Assembly (NCBI GenBank): GCA_016748015.1 | Contig: JAAOMT010000708.1 | Location: forward strand, 310,001 to 374,000 | DNA from: Geosiphon pyriformis uo1 | Lineage: Eukaryota; Fungi; Glomeromycota | Direction: 5' to 3' | Length of the DNA stretch: 64,000 nt | Part shown: positions 61,797-64,000 of the stretch, piece after piece | How the letters are laid out: every line of letters starts with the position of its first letter | How positions within the stretch are numbered: position 1 is the stretch's first letter | The notes under the pieces: generated by a model | Database searches by the model: none | The model's input: the letters and a program-made list of their open reading frames with translations, nothing else | Told to the model about the DNA's origin: nothing | Translations under genes and position numbers: made by a program

Positions 61797-64000
61797 TATT
61801 ATTAAAGATTTTTGATCTCTTTTTCTAAATGTTGTTGTTATTGTTTTGCTGTTTTAATTCCTAATTATTGAAAACTATTAAATCTTTAATAACTGAATTT
61901 ATTTTCAAATTATCTTTTATAATTTAAACTGCTAAGCTTATAAATAAAATAACCAATTTTGTGTTAGTTATTTGTATAATTACTTTGTAGTAAAAGTTAA
62001 TTCTTTCTTAAAAATTGTTTATCTAAAAGTTTATTAAAAATATGTAGTTATTTTGCTATGAAAGTTAATTTTTTTTCAGAAATTGTTCATCTAAAAGTTC
62101 ACTAAAAATATGTAGTTACTTTACTGTGAAAGTTAACTTTTCTACAGAAATTTTGTCTATAGACTATCCTAATATATATAAAAAGAAAAGTAAAAGAAAA
62201 TATAAAAAATATAAAAAAAAATTTTATTAAAAAAATTATTTTTTGTTCAGATTTGAAGTAATTAATAAATTACTGAAATTGGTAGTTAATTAATTTTAAA
62301 ATATTAGTTGAATTTTAAAAAATTCAAGTATAATAGTTAAAAAATTTGTGTTTTTAAAGTATTTTAATTTTTATTAAGTTGTAAATATAAATAAAATAAT
62401 TTTGAATAAGATTATTATTTTAAGATAAAATATATTTTTTCAAAAAGAAAAGCTTTTTTTTTTAAATTTATTGTAATACTAGTTTTTAAACTTATACTTT
62501 TTTTTTGCTAGTATTTTAATAAATTAAAAGTATATTTTGGTAAACTATAAGTTGTTTCTTTATACTATGAATTATTTTGGTAAATTAGTGAATTATTTTG
62601 CAAAATTCTATAAATTTTGGTAAATTCTTGACTATTATAAAGTTTAATATATTGTATAATTTGATTATCACAATTTGTGTATTATATAAATTGAGTTATT
62701 AATTAAATAGTAGTATTTAATAATTTAATTAAATAATAAGTGATAATTAATATAATGATATTATATGTTAATTAATAATAGGAATTATAAAATAATTTTT
62801 GTTACTTAATGGCTAAAATTCTATTAGTAACATAATTTTTTTCTTAAAACTAAGCTCCATTAAAGTCTAAATACTATCCATAATTTCTAGATAATAATCT
62901 AAAGTAATTTGGTTTGAAAATTGTTGAAATTTCAGTTTTGTAAATTTGCCAATATATTGAATTTTTATTGTTTAAAATATTGAATTTTGTAGAACATTTT
63001 CACAAGTATTGAACAAATTATAAAGTTTAAAAACTGTTTTAAGTTTGTAATAAGTATTTATTGATCTAGCTGTTATCTTAAATTCATTGTAGATTTGTTT
63101 TTGTATAGCTTCAGAAATGAGATTGATTGCTTCAAATTCCAGTTTTCATTAATATAGTGTTTTTTTAATTTAAAAGTATTAATAAATAAGAGTATATTTA
63201 CTGTTTTTATTAAGATATATTTTAAGTTTTTGTTGTATTGTGGTATTTAGAAAAATATTTATAGAATTAAACAGTAAGTTTTCTTTTAAAGCTTGTTTTA
63301 AAAATTTTGGTAAGTGATTTCTAGAATAATTTCTTGTATTTTTTCTATAAAAGTGATAATTTTAAGAATTATTTATTATTAAAGCTATAGTTTTTTTTTA
63401 AATGTAATTAATTTAACTTCTATTAATTATTATAGATAAATTAAAAAGTGTTTTCAAAGTTAATATTAATTTTTAGAATATTTGTTAAATGTTTTGGTAA
63501 ATAAATATTATAAAATTAAAAAAAAATAATAAAATTTGGTAAAAAATAAAAAAAAATTATTTTTGAATATAAAAGTTTTTTTTATATATATTTTTAATTT
63601 GGTTATTTTTTTTGTAGTTATTTTAAAAAAATTACTAATATAAATAATTTAAATATTCAGATTTAGTTATTATTTTATTACAACTATTGATTCTAAATTT
63701 TAAAGAATATTTTCAAGATTAATTAAGAAGAATGTATACTAATTTGTGAAATTAATAATTTAAGATTGATTCTAAAGTAATAATATTTTAATTAATCTTT
63801 ATGTACAACTTTTGCTAAAATTTCGTCATTAAATTTTAACTTATATAATTCATTGCTTAGAACTTTATAAATATAAAATATTCTATTTTATTTGTGATTA
63901 AATTTTCTATTTTACTATTTTTCAGCTTTAATTCTGTATAAAAAAACTTTATTTTCAATTTTAAATTTATTAAAAATTTATTGTCATGTTATTTTTTTGT
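61797..64000 (-). mobile_element. Element J: 3' end of a decayed D-family element (3' LTR 61797-62832, ORF3 ~62850-63490, integrase C-terminus)
   Basis: Colinear with 925-3060 and with the reverse complement of D 34480-36628. Confidence 0.85.

Overview
This window holds no host genes. It is a deeply nested stack of Ty3/Gypsy-type LTR retrotransposons in an AT-rich eukaryotic genome. The proteins resemble elements I recall from Glomeromycotina fungi such as Geosiphon, but that assignment is inference only. From LTR termini (TGTTAC...GTAACA), primer-binding sites (PBS), polypurine tracts (PPT) and 4-bp target-site duplications (TSDs) I resolve these pieces: a decayed non-LTR (LINE) endonuclease (1-924); minus-strand element K (925-7125); element A (7126-55524), which contains solo LTR F, element B (14121-41406) and element C (41489-51530); element D (19571-36628) inside B; the youngest element G (19875-27059, minus) inside D's 5' LTR; the 3' half of element E (55525-61628) with solo LTRs H and I; a protease relic; and minus-strand element J (61797 to the window end). 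Wherever the relevant part survives, the families share one unusual design: a GTG-initiated single-frame Gag-protease-Cys-rich domain-dUTPase-(dUTPase-like)-RT-RNaseH polyprotein, then a stop and a separate ATG-initiated integrase, then an accessory ORF3 with its own TATA-like box just before the PPT. The strongest signal is that every insertion site is centred on a CpG or one of its deamination products (NCGN TSD), which suggests a CpG-targeting retrotransposon system. The LTRs also carry covarying RNA/DNA hairpins, one of which is flipped between sister LTRs.
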